A DNA stretch of 64,000 nucleotides from an uncultured Clostridia bacterium (GTDB lineage: Bacteria; Bacillota; Clostridia; Oscillospirales; Acutalibacteraceae), in contig CANQXE010000004.1 of the NCBI GenBank assembly GCA_947627725.1, positions 5,473 to 69,472 of the forward strand, read 5' to 3'. The position numbers and the translations under genes were made by a program. Position 1 is the stretch's first letter. Every line of letters begins with the position of its first letter. Below are positions 31,050-39,430 of the stretch, piece by piece. Under the pieces are notes generated by a model. It saw only the letters and a program-made list of their open reading frames with translations, was not told the origin of the DNA and did no database searches.

Positions 31050-31076
31050 GTTACCTTTCCTCTTTCCAAAACAACT
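31050..31076 (+). promoter_or_regulatory. putative ECF promoter, copy 2 (GTTAC-N16-ACAACT)
   Basis: Downstream of the terminator, upstream of vanZ. Confidence 0.55.
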
Positions 31077-31117
31077 AAATAGAGGAAAGCAATATTTGGC
31101 AATTATAAGATAACTAT

Positions 31118-31678
31118 ATGGAGAATTATATTCAAATGGAAAAAAATAAATTCAATTTATCTGAAAAACAAAAAATATTATTTTTTAAATTAATATTTAT
31201 ATTTTCATTTCTATTATATATTGAAACCATAATAGAAGTTACATTATTTAAATATATGTCAATAACTGAATTATTTTCTTCAGATAGATGGTTTTATATT
31301 CAATCTATTAATTATATTCCTTTTTCAGATTGGAGTATAGATCGAAGTGGACTAATCAGAGATATTATATTAAATATAATACTGTATTTCCCTTTTGGAT
31401 TTCTATTACAAATGATTAATAAAAAGAATAAATTAAGCCTGTTGCAAATATTTATTCCGTTTACAGCCAGTATATCAATAGAAATATTGCAATACATTTT
31501 TTCTGTAGGTGTAACTGATATAACAGATATAATTTGTAACACTATAGGTGCTGTTTTTGGTGCAATATCCTATCTTATATTTAATTTTGTTTTCAAAAAA
31601 AATAAGGTAAAAGCAAATAGGATATTATTGTGTTTTATTGGTTTATTTGCAATAGTTAATTTATGTTTATCAATATAA
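31118..31678 (+). CDS. VanZ-family membrane protein
   Basis: INYIPF, NIILYFPFGFLL, SISIEILQYIFSVGVTDITDIICNTIG. Confidence 0.9.
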   Translation: MENYIQMEKNKFNLSEKQKILFFKLIFIFSFLLYIETIIEVTLFKYMSITELFSSDRWFYIQSINYIPFSDWSIDRSGLIRDIILNIILYFPFGFLLQMINKKNKLSLLQIFIPFTASISIEILQYIFSVGVTDITDIICNTIGAVFGAISYLIFNFVFKKNKVKANRILLCFIGLFAIVNLCLSI

Positions 31679-31699
31679 CAAAGTGAAAGAAGTTTCAAA

Positions 31700-32182
31700 A
31701 TGAAATTTAAAAAATTTTGCAGTCTGTTTTTAGCTACAATAATGCTTATTACGGCTTTACCATTATCTGCATATGCAGATGATGTACCTACAGATAATGA
31801 AGAAAGTTTCGAAATAGTGTGGTATAATGATGACGGAACTATTATAAGACCAATAATTAATGCCGACGGTACTTTCACCTACTATTTTTCAACAAGATTG
31901 CATTCAAGCACTTTTACTGCTACATCCGACAAAATTTCGCTTAGTTTTATTACAAGCACTAATACTAAGGCATATTATTATATTGCGTTATATGATATGA
32001 CAGATGATCCATTGTATCCAACATTCAAAAGTATGACACAATCAAAGGACAATAACACTGCTGACAGCAAAACATTTAATGTAAAAAAAGGCAGAAAATA
32101 TCGTTTAACCTTTTCTAAAGTAAATCCAAAAAATGAAGATTGGATTAGGGGAAAAGGAACAATTTACGGAGCAAAATCATAA
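31700..32182 (+). CDS. secreted hypothetical protein (beta-rich)
   Basis: Signal peptide MKFKKFCSLFLATIMLITALPLSAYA; AT-rich. Confidence 0.75.
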   Translation: MKFKKFCSLFLATIMLITALPLSAYADDVPTDNEESFEIVWYNDDGTIIRPIINADGTFTYYFSTRLHSSTFTATSDKISLSFITSTNTKAYYYIALYDMTDDPLYPTFKSMTQSKDNNTADSKTFNVKKGRKYRLTFSKVNPKNEDWIRGKGTIYGAKS

Positions 32183-32218
32183 TAAATTTTTATTGATAAA
32201 CATAATTAACAAAGCAAT

Positions 32219-32257
32219 ACTATCTCAACTACTTCCTTGAGTTGAGATAGTTTTTTT
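32219..32257 (+). terminator. intrinsic terminator
   Basis: ACTATCTCAACT/AGTTGAGATAGT + T7. Confidence 0.8.
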
Positions 32258-32368
32258 CTTAATGCTTCAGGCGAAATAATCTCATGTTTGTTTTTCAACT
32301 TTATAATAAGAAAATACCATCGAAAAAGAGAAAAACCCACTTGAAAAAGTAAATGTTGTTAATATTCA

Positions 32369-32408
32369 TCAGCCGATTGATTTAAAATCAATCGGCTGAC
32401 TGTTTTTT
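32369..32408. terminator. hairpin at 3' end of alr
   Basis: TCAGCCGATTGATT/AATCAATCGGCTGA perfect 14-bp stem. Confidence 0.7.
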
Positions 32409-33564
32409 ACATATTCTTCAAATAATTTACTGTATTTACTACCTTTCCGTTTTTTACATACACACGCGGTACGCGGTACGAAATACGGCAGGGAAGCTCA
32501 TAGTTAAAGGAATGAGCAAGCCCGGATACCTCCTCCATAGTCAGAATAGCGTCACCGTCAGTACCTATAAGCGTAACCTCGTCCTCGGTTTTAACATCGG
32601 GGATATCCGTAATATCAACCATAAACTGGTCCATACAAACTCTGCCGATAATTCTTGCGTATCTGCCTTTAATAATAACTCTTCCCTTATTTGTAAGGCA
32701 GCGCGGATAACCGTCGGCATAGCCCACCGGAATTGTGGCCACAACAGTTTCTTTTTCTGTTTTATATGTACCTCCATAGGACACTTCTCTGCCAGCCTCT
32801 AAAGTTTTGATATGGCTTATATGCGTTTTCCACTCCAAAACAGGTCTGATCGCAAGAAGTGATTTATCAACTTCATCCGACGGATAAAGCCCGTAGATAA
32901 TAATTCCCGCCCGCACCATATCAAGCATATCGTCAAACACCATAATTCCTGCGGAATTATTAAGATGCTTAATTGGGATGTCTATTCCCCTGTCGCTAAG
33001 CATTGAGGCAAAAGCGTAAAACAACTCCCTCTGCCTTACCGACTTGGATAAATCCCTTTCGTCAGCAGTCGCAAAATGAGAAAACAAACCCTCTGCCTGA
33101 ATATTCGGCAGATGGGTTATTTTTTTGCATATATCAGCGCTTTCGTTATTCACCTGAAAGCCGATTCTGCTCATTCCCGTATCAACACAAAAATGAAACT
33201 TGGAAGTTTTCCCCTGTCTCACAGCCTCATCAGACAACGCCTGTGCCGTATCATATGAAAAAATCGGAATACGAATATCATTTTTAACAACATCCGCATA
33301 CTGCTGAGGCGACACATAGCCAAGAATCAGGATAGGCTTTTTTATTCCGGCATTAATAAGCTCCAATGCCTCATCAACGCACGCGACACCGAAAAAGTCG
33401 CATTTGTCCTCAATAAACCTGCTGATGGGAACAGCTCCGTGACCGTATGCGTCCGCTTTGATAACGGCGAGCAGCTTTGCTTTTGAATTAACCTTATTAA
33501 GTATATTATCTATATTATATTCAATTGCGTCCAAATCAATTTTTGCATATGTTCTTTGATACAT
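32407..33564 (-). CDS. alr: alanine racemase
   Basis: AVIKADAYGHG (PLP Lys), VDTGMSR, SHFATAD, VSYGGT, VGYADG, GRVCMDQ. Confidence 0.97.
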   Translation of the reverse strand: MYQRTYAKIDLDAIEYNIDNILNKVNSKAKLLAVIKADAYGHGAVPISRFIEDKCDFFGVACVDEALELINAGIKKPILILGYVSPQQYADVVKNDIRIPIFSYDTAQALSDEAVRQGKTSKFHFCVDTGMSRIGFQVNNESADICKKITHLPNIQAEGLFSHFATADERDLSKSVRQRELFYAFASMLSDRGIDIPIKHLNNSAGIMVFDDMLDMVRAGIIIYGLYPSDEVDKSLLAIRPVLEWKTHISHIKTLEAGREVSYGGTYKTEKETVVATIPVGYADGYPRCLTNKGRVIIKGRYARIIGRVCMDQFMVDITDIPDVKTEDEVTLIGTDGDAILTMEEVSGLAHSFNYELPCRISYRVPRVYVKNGKVVNTVNYLKNM

Positions 33565-33651
33565 TATTTCGCCTCTGTGTAGTTGACTTATTTAAAATAT
33601 ATTTTAATACCGAAACACGCAAAAGTAAAGTTAAAGTTAAAACAAACCATT

Positions 33652-33755
33652 ATAAAAGAAAAGAAGGCCGGAACTGCAAATCCGACCTTCCCCTCTCTGT
33701 TATTACAAACTATGGAGGACCACGATTTGAAACGGTGCGGCCCGTTTCAAGTCTA
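33652..33755 (-). ncRNA. candidate ~100-nt sRNA or attenuator leader upstream of alr
   Basis: Perfect sigmaA promoter upstream, 9-bp 5' hairpin, UCCUCCAU tract, and terminator GAAGGUCGGA/UCCGGCCUUC + U-tract with a G-U pair that only works on the minus strand. Confidence 0.6.
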
Positions 33756-33760
33756 AATGT

Positions 33761-33789
33761 ATTATAGTAGATATTGCATAATTTGTCAA
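33761..33789 (-). promoter_or_regulatory. consensus sigmaA promoter
   Basis: Minus strand TTGACA-17 nt-TATAAT. Confidence 0.85.
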
Positions 33790-33890
33790 TAGTTTTGATG
33801 AATTTTTTTATATAATTTCACAACTCGTATTTTGAGTAACGCAATTATTTTTTCATAGTGTCATTTTTTGGACTGTCAAAGCGCAGGGAA

Positions 33891-33919
33891 TTGACTTAGA
33901 ACATATGTTTGTCTAATAT
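33891..33919 (+). promoter_or_regulatory. sigmaA promoter with LexA (SOS) box in the spacer
   Basis: TTGACT-17-TAATAT; AGAACATATGTTTG at 33898-33911 matches CGAACRNRYGTTYG at 13/14. Confidence 0.75.
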
Positions 33920-33974
33920 ATAGCATATACGCAGCGTATTTCATATGAAAATATAACTGAAAGAAGGCAAAAAT

Positions 33975-34190
33975 ATGACTATTAGTGAACTCGCCCGCGA
34001 ATATGACGGACAGTACAAGGCTATCTGTGCAAAAATGGACGGACTCAAACCGCTTTTAAGCGTTTACTCGGGAGAGGATCTTTTACTCCTAAGAAGAAAA
34101 CTGAAAATCTATTATGATATGGCATGTGAATGTAAAAGAGTTTCAACTCTGCTTTCACATTATTATGATAAGGAGAAGCGGTATGATTGA
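33975..34190 (+). CDS. small helical hypothetical protein (71 aa)
   Basis: Follows the SOS-box promoter; overlaps next gene by 8 nt. Confidence 0.75.
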   Translation: MTISELAREYDGQYKAICAKMDGLKPLLSVYSGEDLLLLRRKLKIYYDMACECKRVSTLLSHYYDKEKRYD

Positions 34191-34506
34191 TTTTGTTGAA
34201 GAATTTATGAGTGTCGGCAAACAGACTGAGGAAGACGGCTTTGACGAGCAGAGAATTCTTATAAAATCCATGTCAAAGGTTTTGCCGTTAATAATAAAAA
34301 ACGAACTTACGCAACGCCAGAATCTCTGTTTAAGATTGTTTTATGTCTACGGCAAAAGTCAGGTGGAAATCGCAAGAGAGCTAAAGCTATCGCAACCGAC
34401 TGTCAGCAGGCACATTTCAACGGCAAAGGCGATTGTGAACAAATGCCTTGCTTACTGCTATTACTCGGTTAAGCAGGCAAACGAACAGTGGCTGAAAATT
34501 GAATAA
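34183..34506 (+). CDS. stand-alone sigma-70 region 4 HTH protein (107 aa)
   Basis: AAGGAG RBS; LTQRQNLCLRLFYVYGKSQVEIARELKLSQPTVSRHISTA; no region 2. Confidence 0.8.
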   Translation: MIDFVEEFMSVGKQTEEDGFDEQRILIKSMSKVLPLIIKNELTQRQNLCLRLFYVYGKSQVEIARELKLSQPTVSRHISTAKAIVNKCLAYCYYSVKQANEQWLKIE

Positions 34507-34582
34507 TCAGCCGCTGTTCTATACCACAACTGATACAGCAACGGCTATTTTATAGGACGAATCCACCATTGCCAACAATTGG

Positions 34583-34659
34583 AAACGCGCCTCACAGAAT
34601 AATAAGGGCTTAACATATAACCATTTAGCCCTTATCACATTATTCTATGAGGCGCGTTT
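34583..34659. repeat. long imperfect inverted repeat (~77 nt)
   Basis: AAACGCGCCTCA-CAGAATAAT-AAGGGCT..AGCCCTT..ATTATTCT-ATGAGGCGCGTTT nested stems. Confidence 0.75.
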
Positions 34660-34683
34660 GCTTTTTGTTCAAATCGGCTCGGC

Positions 34684-35445
34684 TTATTTTAATATAAAAA
34701 TAGCAATTATGAACATGAAAGCATATAATATAGGCTGATGCGCAATATAAACCCAAAGGCTGTTTCTGCCGACAAAGCTCAAAAACCTGCTGTGCTTCTG
34801 ATACATAGCGACGGGGAGCTTCTCGTCCGCCGCAAGCTTGCCGACAAAATATCCGAAAAAGAACATAAATATCCAAGGCAGTATCGGGAAATAATCGGCG
34901 CTGTAAAAGCCGCTGTTATGAAAACCGAGCGGCGCAAGGAAATTATACCGGTAAAAACTGTCGGGCAGGCTGATGAGTCCAAAGCAAAGCCTGCCGCCCT
35001 CAATACCGTAGAAAAACAAAAACAAAAGCATTGAAATTACGGCGCCGAGCCTGTAATCAATCCTTTTAAAAACAGGCATAAGCAGTCCCGTGATTATCAT
35101 ACAGATGCCAAGACAATGCAGAATTCCGAAATAAATCTCTGCGCCCTCAAAGCCGAACAGAGGCATAATCACGGCAGTGGCAACAGTAATAACCAAGCCG
35201 AAGACAAAAACTATTATTCCGCGTTTAATGCTGTTCCTTGAAAGCCTTGAGCACACACCTGATATAATAATAAACGCCGCCCAAAAAATCGGCTGAACGA
35301 TACAAAGTGCGTCAAACACCTCATAACCCCATGAAAGTCCGAGAACATCACCGACATCTAAGAACGCATGGTGGACAATCATACATATTATTGCAAAGCC
35401 TCTGATTTCATCAAGCATATGAATTCTTTTTTTATTTTCAATCAT
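34684..35445 (-). CDS. DUF1624 / heparan-alpha-glucosaminide N-acetyltransferase-domain membrane protein
   Basis: LDEIRGFAIICMIVHH, YFGILHCLG, SADYFPILPW, GRNSLWVYIAHQP. Confidence 0.88.
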   Translation of the reverse strand: MIENKKRIHMLDEIRGFAIICMIVHHAFLDVGDVLGLSWGYEVFDALCIVQPIFWAAFIIISGVCSRLSRNSIKRGIIVFVFGLVITVATAVIMPLFGFEGAEIYFGILHCLGICMIITGLLMPVFKRIDYRLGAVISMLLFLFFYGIEGGRLCFGLISLPDSFYRYNFLAPLGFHNSGFYSADYFPILPWIFMFFFGYFVGKLAADEKLPVAMYQKHSRFLSFVGRNSLWVYIAHQPILYAFMFIIAIFILK

Positions 35446-35548
35446 CAGGTTATCACCTTTTCCTTTAGCCGTGAATATTGTACCACAATTGTTTTATATT
35501 GTATATAACAAAAAAATATGATATAATTATAAACCGAGGTGTAAAGCT

Positions 35549-35938
35549 ATGAAGGAATTTACCGCAAAGGCAGAGGGAAAGGCTGTTACTACAGTAGCTG
35601 CCGCGAACACGGCAGCAACCGTTAAATCGGGAAGTCTTGATGTATTTGCCACTCCTATGATGATTGCTCTTATGGAGGAGGCATCCTGTACCGCCTGCGC
35701 GCCGCTCCTTGAAAACGGGGAAACGACCGTAGGCGTGCGTGTATCCGTAACTCACGATAGAGCAAGCGGACTCGGTGAAGTAATCACAGCGTACGCCGTA
35801 CTTGAAAATGCTGACGGAAGAAAGCTGACTTTCTCGGTACAGGCAAAGGACGAAAACGATAACATTATAGGCAGTGGAACGATTGAAAGATTTGTAGTCC
35901 TTGAGGAAAAATTTATGAAAAGGGTAAAAGGCATATGA
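35549..35938 (+). CDS. hotdog thioesterase (FlK-like)
   Basis: VKSGSLDVFATPMMIALMEEA, TTVG, HDRAS, IGSGTIERFVV. Confidence 0.88.
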   Translation: MKEFTAKAEGKAVTTVAAANTAATVKSGSLDVFATPMMIALMEEASCTACAPLLENGETTVGVRVSVTHDRASGLGEVITAYAVLENADGRKLTFSVQAKDENDNIIGSGTIERFVVLEEKFMKRVKGI

Positions 35939-37110
35939 GATACAGTGCGGTAATTTTTGATTTTGACGGAACTATATGCGACACCGGAGAGGGCATACTT
36001 AAAAGCGCAAAATACGCTTTGGAGTCTTTCGGCTATGAAGCGCCGGAATATAATGAGCTTACCTGCTTTATAGGTCCTCCTCTGCTTATTACCTTTCAGG
36101 AAAAATTCGGCGCAGACCCCGCAAGAGCTGACGAGCTTGTAAGAAAATTCCGTGAACGGTACACCAATAAGGGTGTTTTTGAAAGCAGGCTTTACGACGG
36201 TATAAAGGAGCTTTTGATTTCTCTTAAAAAGGATAACATAAAAATCGGCATTGCCTCGTCAAAGCCGCAGGATTATATTGAAACTCTGCTTGACCGTTTT
36301 GGAATAAAATCATATTTTGACGCGGTTTGCGGCGTAACCTTTACTGCTGATTGCGAAGCGAAAACGAGTATTATCGCGAGGTGCCAGAAACAGCTTGGAG
36401 TTACGGGAAACAAATGTCTTATGGCGGGCGACAAAAAATATGATATTGAGGGCGCCAAAACAAACATAATTGATTCTGTCGGAGTTTTATGGGGATACGG
36501 TACAAAATTTGAGCTTATCGAAGCAGGCGCAAAATTCATAGTTGATAAGGTTGAGGATATTGCGTCCGTTGCTCTCGGCTTTTATGAGCAGACGGAGGAA
36601 ATTCAGGGAATCTTCAGCGGAAATATAATAAATGTTCACACCGATAAAATCACTCTTGTTGATGGCACAGAGGCAGTCCGTGAGGTTGTTGACCATCCCG
36701 GCGGAGTTGCGATAGTCTCGCTTACCGATAATAATGAAATTATTTTGGTTAGGCAGTTCAGATATCCGTACAAGGAAACAATATACGAAATCCCTGCGGG
36801 GAAGCTTGAAAGCGGAGAAAATCCGAGAGAGGCGGGAATACGCGAATTCAGCGAGGAGTGCGGCGCGACTGCTGAGAGCTTTGAACCGCTCGGCGAGATT
36901 TATCCGACACCCGGTTACTGCGGTGAAATAATCCGCCTTTTCTATGCTACGGGTCTGACCTTCGGCAAGCAGAATCTTGACGATGATGAATATTTAGATG
37001 TGGTAAAAATGCCGTTTGGCGAATGTGTTTCAAAAATAATGAACGGCGAAATCAAAGACGCCAAAACAATTATAGGTATTCTTAAATTAAAGGAATTAAT
37101 GAAATTATGA
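35935..37110 (+). CDS. HAD phosphatase fused to Nudix (ADP-ribose pyrophosphatase-like) domain
   Basis: N-terminal IFDFDGT, SSKP, MAGDKKYD; C-terminal HPGGVAIV, RQFRYP, Nudix box GKLESGENPREAGIREFSEECG. Confidence 0.85.
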   Translation: MRYSAVIFDFDGTICDTGEGILKSAKYALESFGYEAPEYNELTCFIGPPLLITFQEKFGADPARADELVRKFRERYTNKGVFESRLYDGIKELLISLKKDNIKIGIASSKPQDYIETLLDRFGIKSYFDAVCGVTFTADCEAKTSIIARCQKQLGVTGNKCLMAGDKKYDIEGAKTNIIDSVGVLWGYGTKFELIEAGAKFIVDKVEDIASVALGFYEQTEEIQGIFSGNIINVHTDKITLVDGTEAVREVVDHPGGVAIVSLTDNNEIILVRQFRYPYKETIYEIPAGKLESGENPREAGIREFSEECGATAESFEPLGEIYPTPGYCGEIIRLFYATGLTFGKQNLDDDEYLDVVKMPFGECVSKIMNGEIKDAKTIIGILKLKELMKL

Positions 37111-38261
37111 CGGCTTATCTTGACAATTCAGCGACTACTAAACCATGTAAAGAATGTGCAGACGCTGTAACGGATATGCTCCTTAACAACTGGGGAAATC
37201 CCTCAAGCCTGCATAATTTAGGCATAAACGCTATGAAAGTGATTATAGCCGCAAGGTCTGTTATAGCTGACTCTCTCGGCGTAGGCAGAGAGGAAATCAT
37301 ATTCACCTCGGGCGGTACCGAGGCAAACAACCTCGCTATTTTCGGAGCGGTTAAGGCAAGAAAACGTCTTGGAAAAAGAATTGTCACCACGGCTATTGAG
37401 CATGAAAGCGTGCTTCAGTCGGCGCAGGAGCTTGAACGACAGGGCTTTGAGGTAATTTATCTTAAACCCGACAAAAAGGGAAATATCTCAAAGGAGCAGC
37501 TTTTTGACACTGTAAACGAGGACACCATTCTTGTTTCAATGATGTATATAAATAATGAGGTAGGGACGGTTATGCCCGTAGATGCGCTAAAACGCGCTGT
37601 TAAAAGGGCTAACTCCCCCGCTCTTATTCATATTGACTGTGTTCAGGCTTACGGAAAGGTGAACATAAACGCAAAAAAACTTGGCGCTGATTTAATAACC
37701 GTATCGGCTCACAAGATACACGGACCCAAGGGAATAGGCGCTCTTTATATAAACAAAGAGGCTAACCTCACCGACCAGAACTTTGCTCAATCCTTTGGCG
37801 GAGAGCAGGAAAAAAGGATTCGTCCCGGGACGGAAAGCTCACCGCTTATTGCGGGATTCGGCGCCGCCGTAAAGGCATTTCCATTGATGAATGAACAGAA
37901 AAAGCTGATAAATGAGCTTAACACCTACGCAAGAAAAAAGCTGTCGGATATTGACGGTCTGCGCTTTAACAATGATGAAAGCGCCTCCCCCTATATCATT
38001 AATCTATATATTCCCACCTTTATGAGAAGCCAGACAATTTTGCAGGAGCTTTCGTCAAACTACAAGGTTTATGTCAGCAACGGCTCAGCGTGCGCCAAGG
38101 GTAAAAAAAGCCATGTACTCAGCGCAATGGGACTTGATGATGAAACACTTGACAAAAGCATAAGAATAAGCTTTTGCAGATACAATACAAAAGCGGAAAT
38201 TGACCTTTTGGCTGACGCAATAAAGGATTTAATTAAAAAGCACCCTTTGGAGAAAATATGA
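37107..38261 (+). CDS. iscS: cysteine desulfurase (ThiI partner)
   Basis: YLDNSATT, FTSGGTEANN, SAHKIHGPKG, VSNGSACAKG. Confidence 0.9.
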   Translation: MTAYLDNSATTKPCKECADAVTDMLLNNWGNPSSLHNLGINAMKVIIAARSVIADSLGVGREEIIFTSGGTEANNLAIFGAVKARKRLGKRIVTTAIEHESVLQSAQELERQGFEVIYLKPDKKGNISKEQLFDTVNEDTILVSMMYINNEVGTVMPVDALKRAVKRANSPALIHIDCVQAYGKVNINAKKLGADLITVSAHKIHGPKGIGALYINKEANLTDQNFAQSFGGEQEKRIRPGTESSPLIAGFGAAVKAFPLMNEQKKLINELNTYARKKLSDIDGLRFNNDESASPYIINLYIPTFMRSQTILQELSSNYKVYVSNGSACAKGKKSHVLSAMGLDDETLDKSIRISFCRYNTKAEIDLLADAIKDLIKKHPLEKI

Positions 38262-39430
38262 AAGAAATTATACTTATCAAAAACGGCGAACTCGCACTCA
38301 AAGGACTTAACAGAAACACCTTTGAGGATATACTCGTTAAAAATATGAAAAAGAAGCTTTCTGATTTAGGAAGCTTTGCGTTTACAAAAGGTCAGTCTAC
38401 TATAATGGTTGACCCTGTTGATAACGATATTGACCTTGACGACGCGGTTGAGAGACTGTCAAAAGTGTTCGGCATTGCCGCTCTTTCACGCGCCTGCGTG
38501 TGTGAAAAGGATTTTGCGGTTATCAAAAAAACGGCAGCCGAATATCTTGAGGAACAGCTTGAGGACGCAAAAACCTTTAAGGTTGAGGCAAAGCGCTCCG
38601 ATAAAAAATTCCCGCTGAAATCACCTGAAATATGCAGGGAAACAGGCGGTTATATCCTTTCAAAATTCCATAATCTCCGGGTTGACGTTCATAACCCCGA
38701 CATTATTGTTACTGTTGAGGTGCGTGACAAATACGCATTTGTGCGCGGCAACAATATAAAAGGTGCGGGCGGTATGCCTACAGGTACAAGCGGCAGAGCA
38801 GGTATTCTTATCAGCGGCGGCATTGATTCTCCCGTTGCCGCATATATGATGGCAAAAAGAGGTATTGAGCTTTGCGCAGTTCATTTCGCATCACCGCCCT
38901 ACACATCAGAGCTTGCTGAAATGAAGGTTATGGAACTGCTTAAAAAAGTCGCAAAATATTCAGGCGTAATTACAACGTATGTTGTACCCTTTACACAAAT
39001 ACAGGAAGCAATCCGTGACCTTTGTCCAGAGGAATATTTCACCATAATTATGAGAAGAATTATGATGATGATTTCTGAAAAAATCGCACTTAATCAAAAC
39101 TGCAGCGCGCTTATCACAGGTGAAAGCGTCGGACAGGTTGCAAGCCAGACAATATATGCTCTCGCCTGCACTGACTGTGCTGTAAACATTCCTGTTTTCA
39201 GACCGTGTATAGGTATGGACAAGGAGGAAATTATAGCAATATCAAGAAAAATTGACACATTTGAAACCTCCATCCAACCGTACGAGGACTGCTGCACGGT
39301 ATTTACCCCCAAGCATCCAAAAACAAGACCTCATATTGACGATGTTCTCAAGGCTGAAAAAAGCATTGAAAACCTTGAGGCGCTTATGGCAGACGCAATT
39401 AATAATGCTAAAAAGGTGATTATCAGATAA
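38258..39430 (+). CDS. thiI: tRNA 4-thiouridine synthase ThiI
   Basis: GELALKGLNR, THUMP domain, LISGGIDSPVA, TGESVGQVASQT, PYEDCC. Confidence 0.96.
   Translation: MKEIILIKNGELALKGLNRNTFEDILVKNMKKKLSDLGSFAFTKGQSTIMVDPVDNDIDLDDAVERLSKVFGIAALSRACVCEKDFAVIKKTAAEYLEEQLEDAKTFKVEAKRSDKKFPLKSPEICRETGGYILSKFHNLRVDVHNPDIIVTVEVRDKYAFVRGNNIKGAGGMPTGTSGRAGILISGGIDSPVAAYMMAKRGIELCAVHFASPPYTSELAEMKVMELLKKVAKYSGVITTYVVPFTQIQEAIRDLCPEEYFTIIMRRIMMMISEKIALNQNCSALITGESVGQVASQTIYALACTDCAVNIPVFRPCIGMDKEEIIAISRKIDTFETSIQPYEDCCTVFTPKHPKTRPHIDDVLKAEKSIENLEALMADAINNAKKVIIR

Noticed and set aside
33727-33750. TTGAAAC..GTTTCAA resembling CRISPR repeat ends or a tracrRNA
   Set aside because: Single copy, no spacers, no cas genes in the window; treated as part of the sRNA candidate
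33525-33767. 80-aa plus-strand ORF across the alr leader
   Set aside because: No RBS, overlaps the alr start, and runs antisense to a better-supported structured RNA
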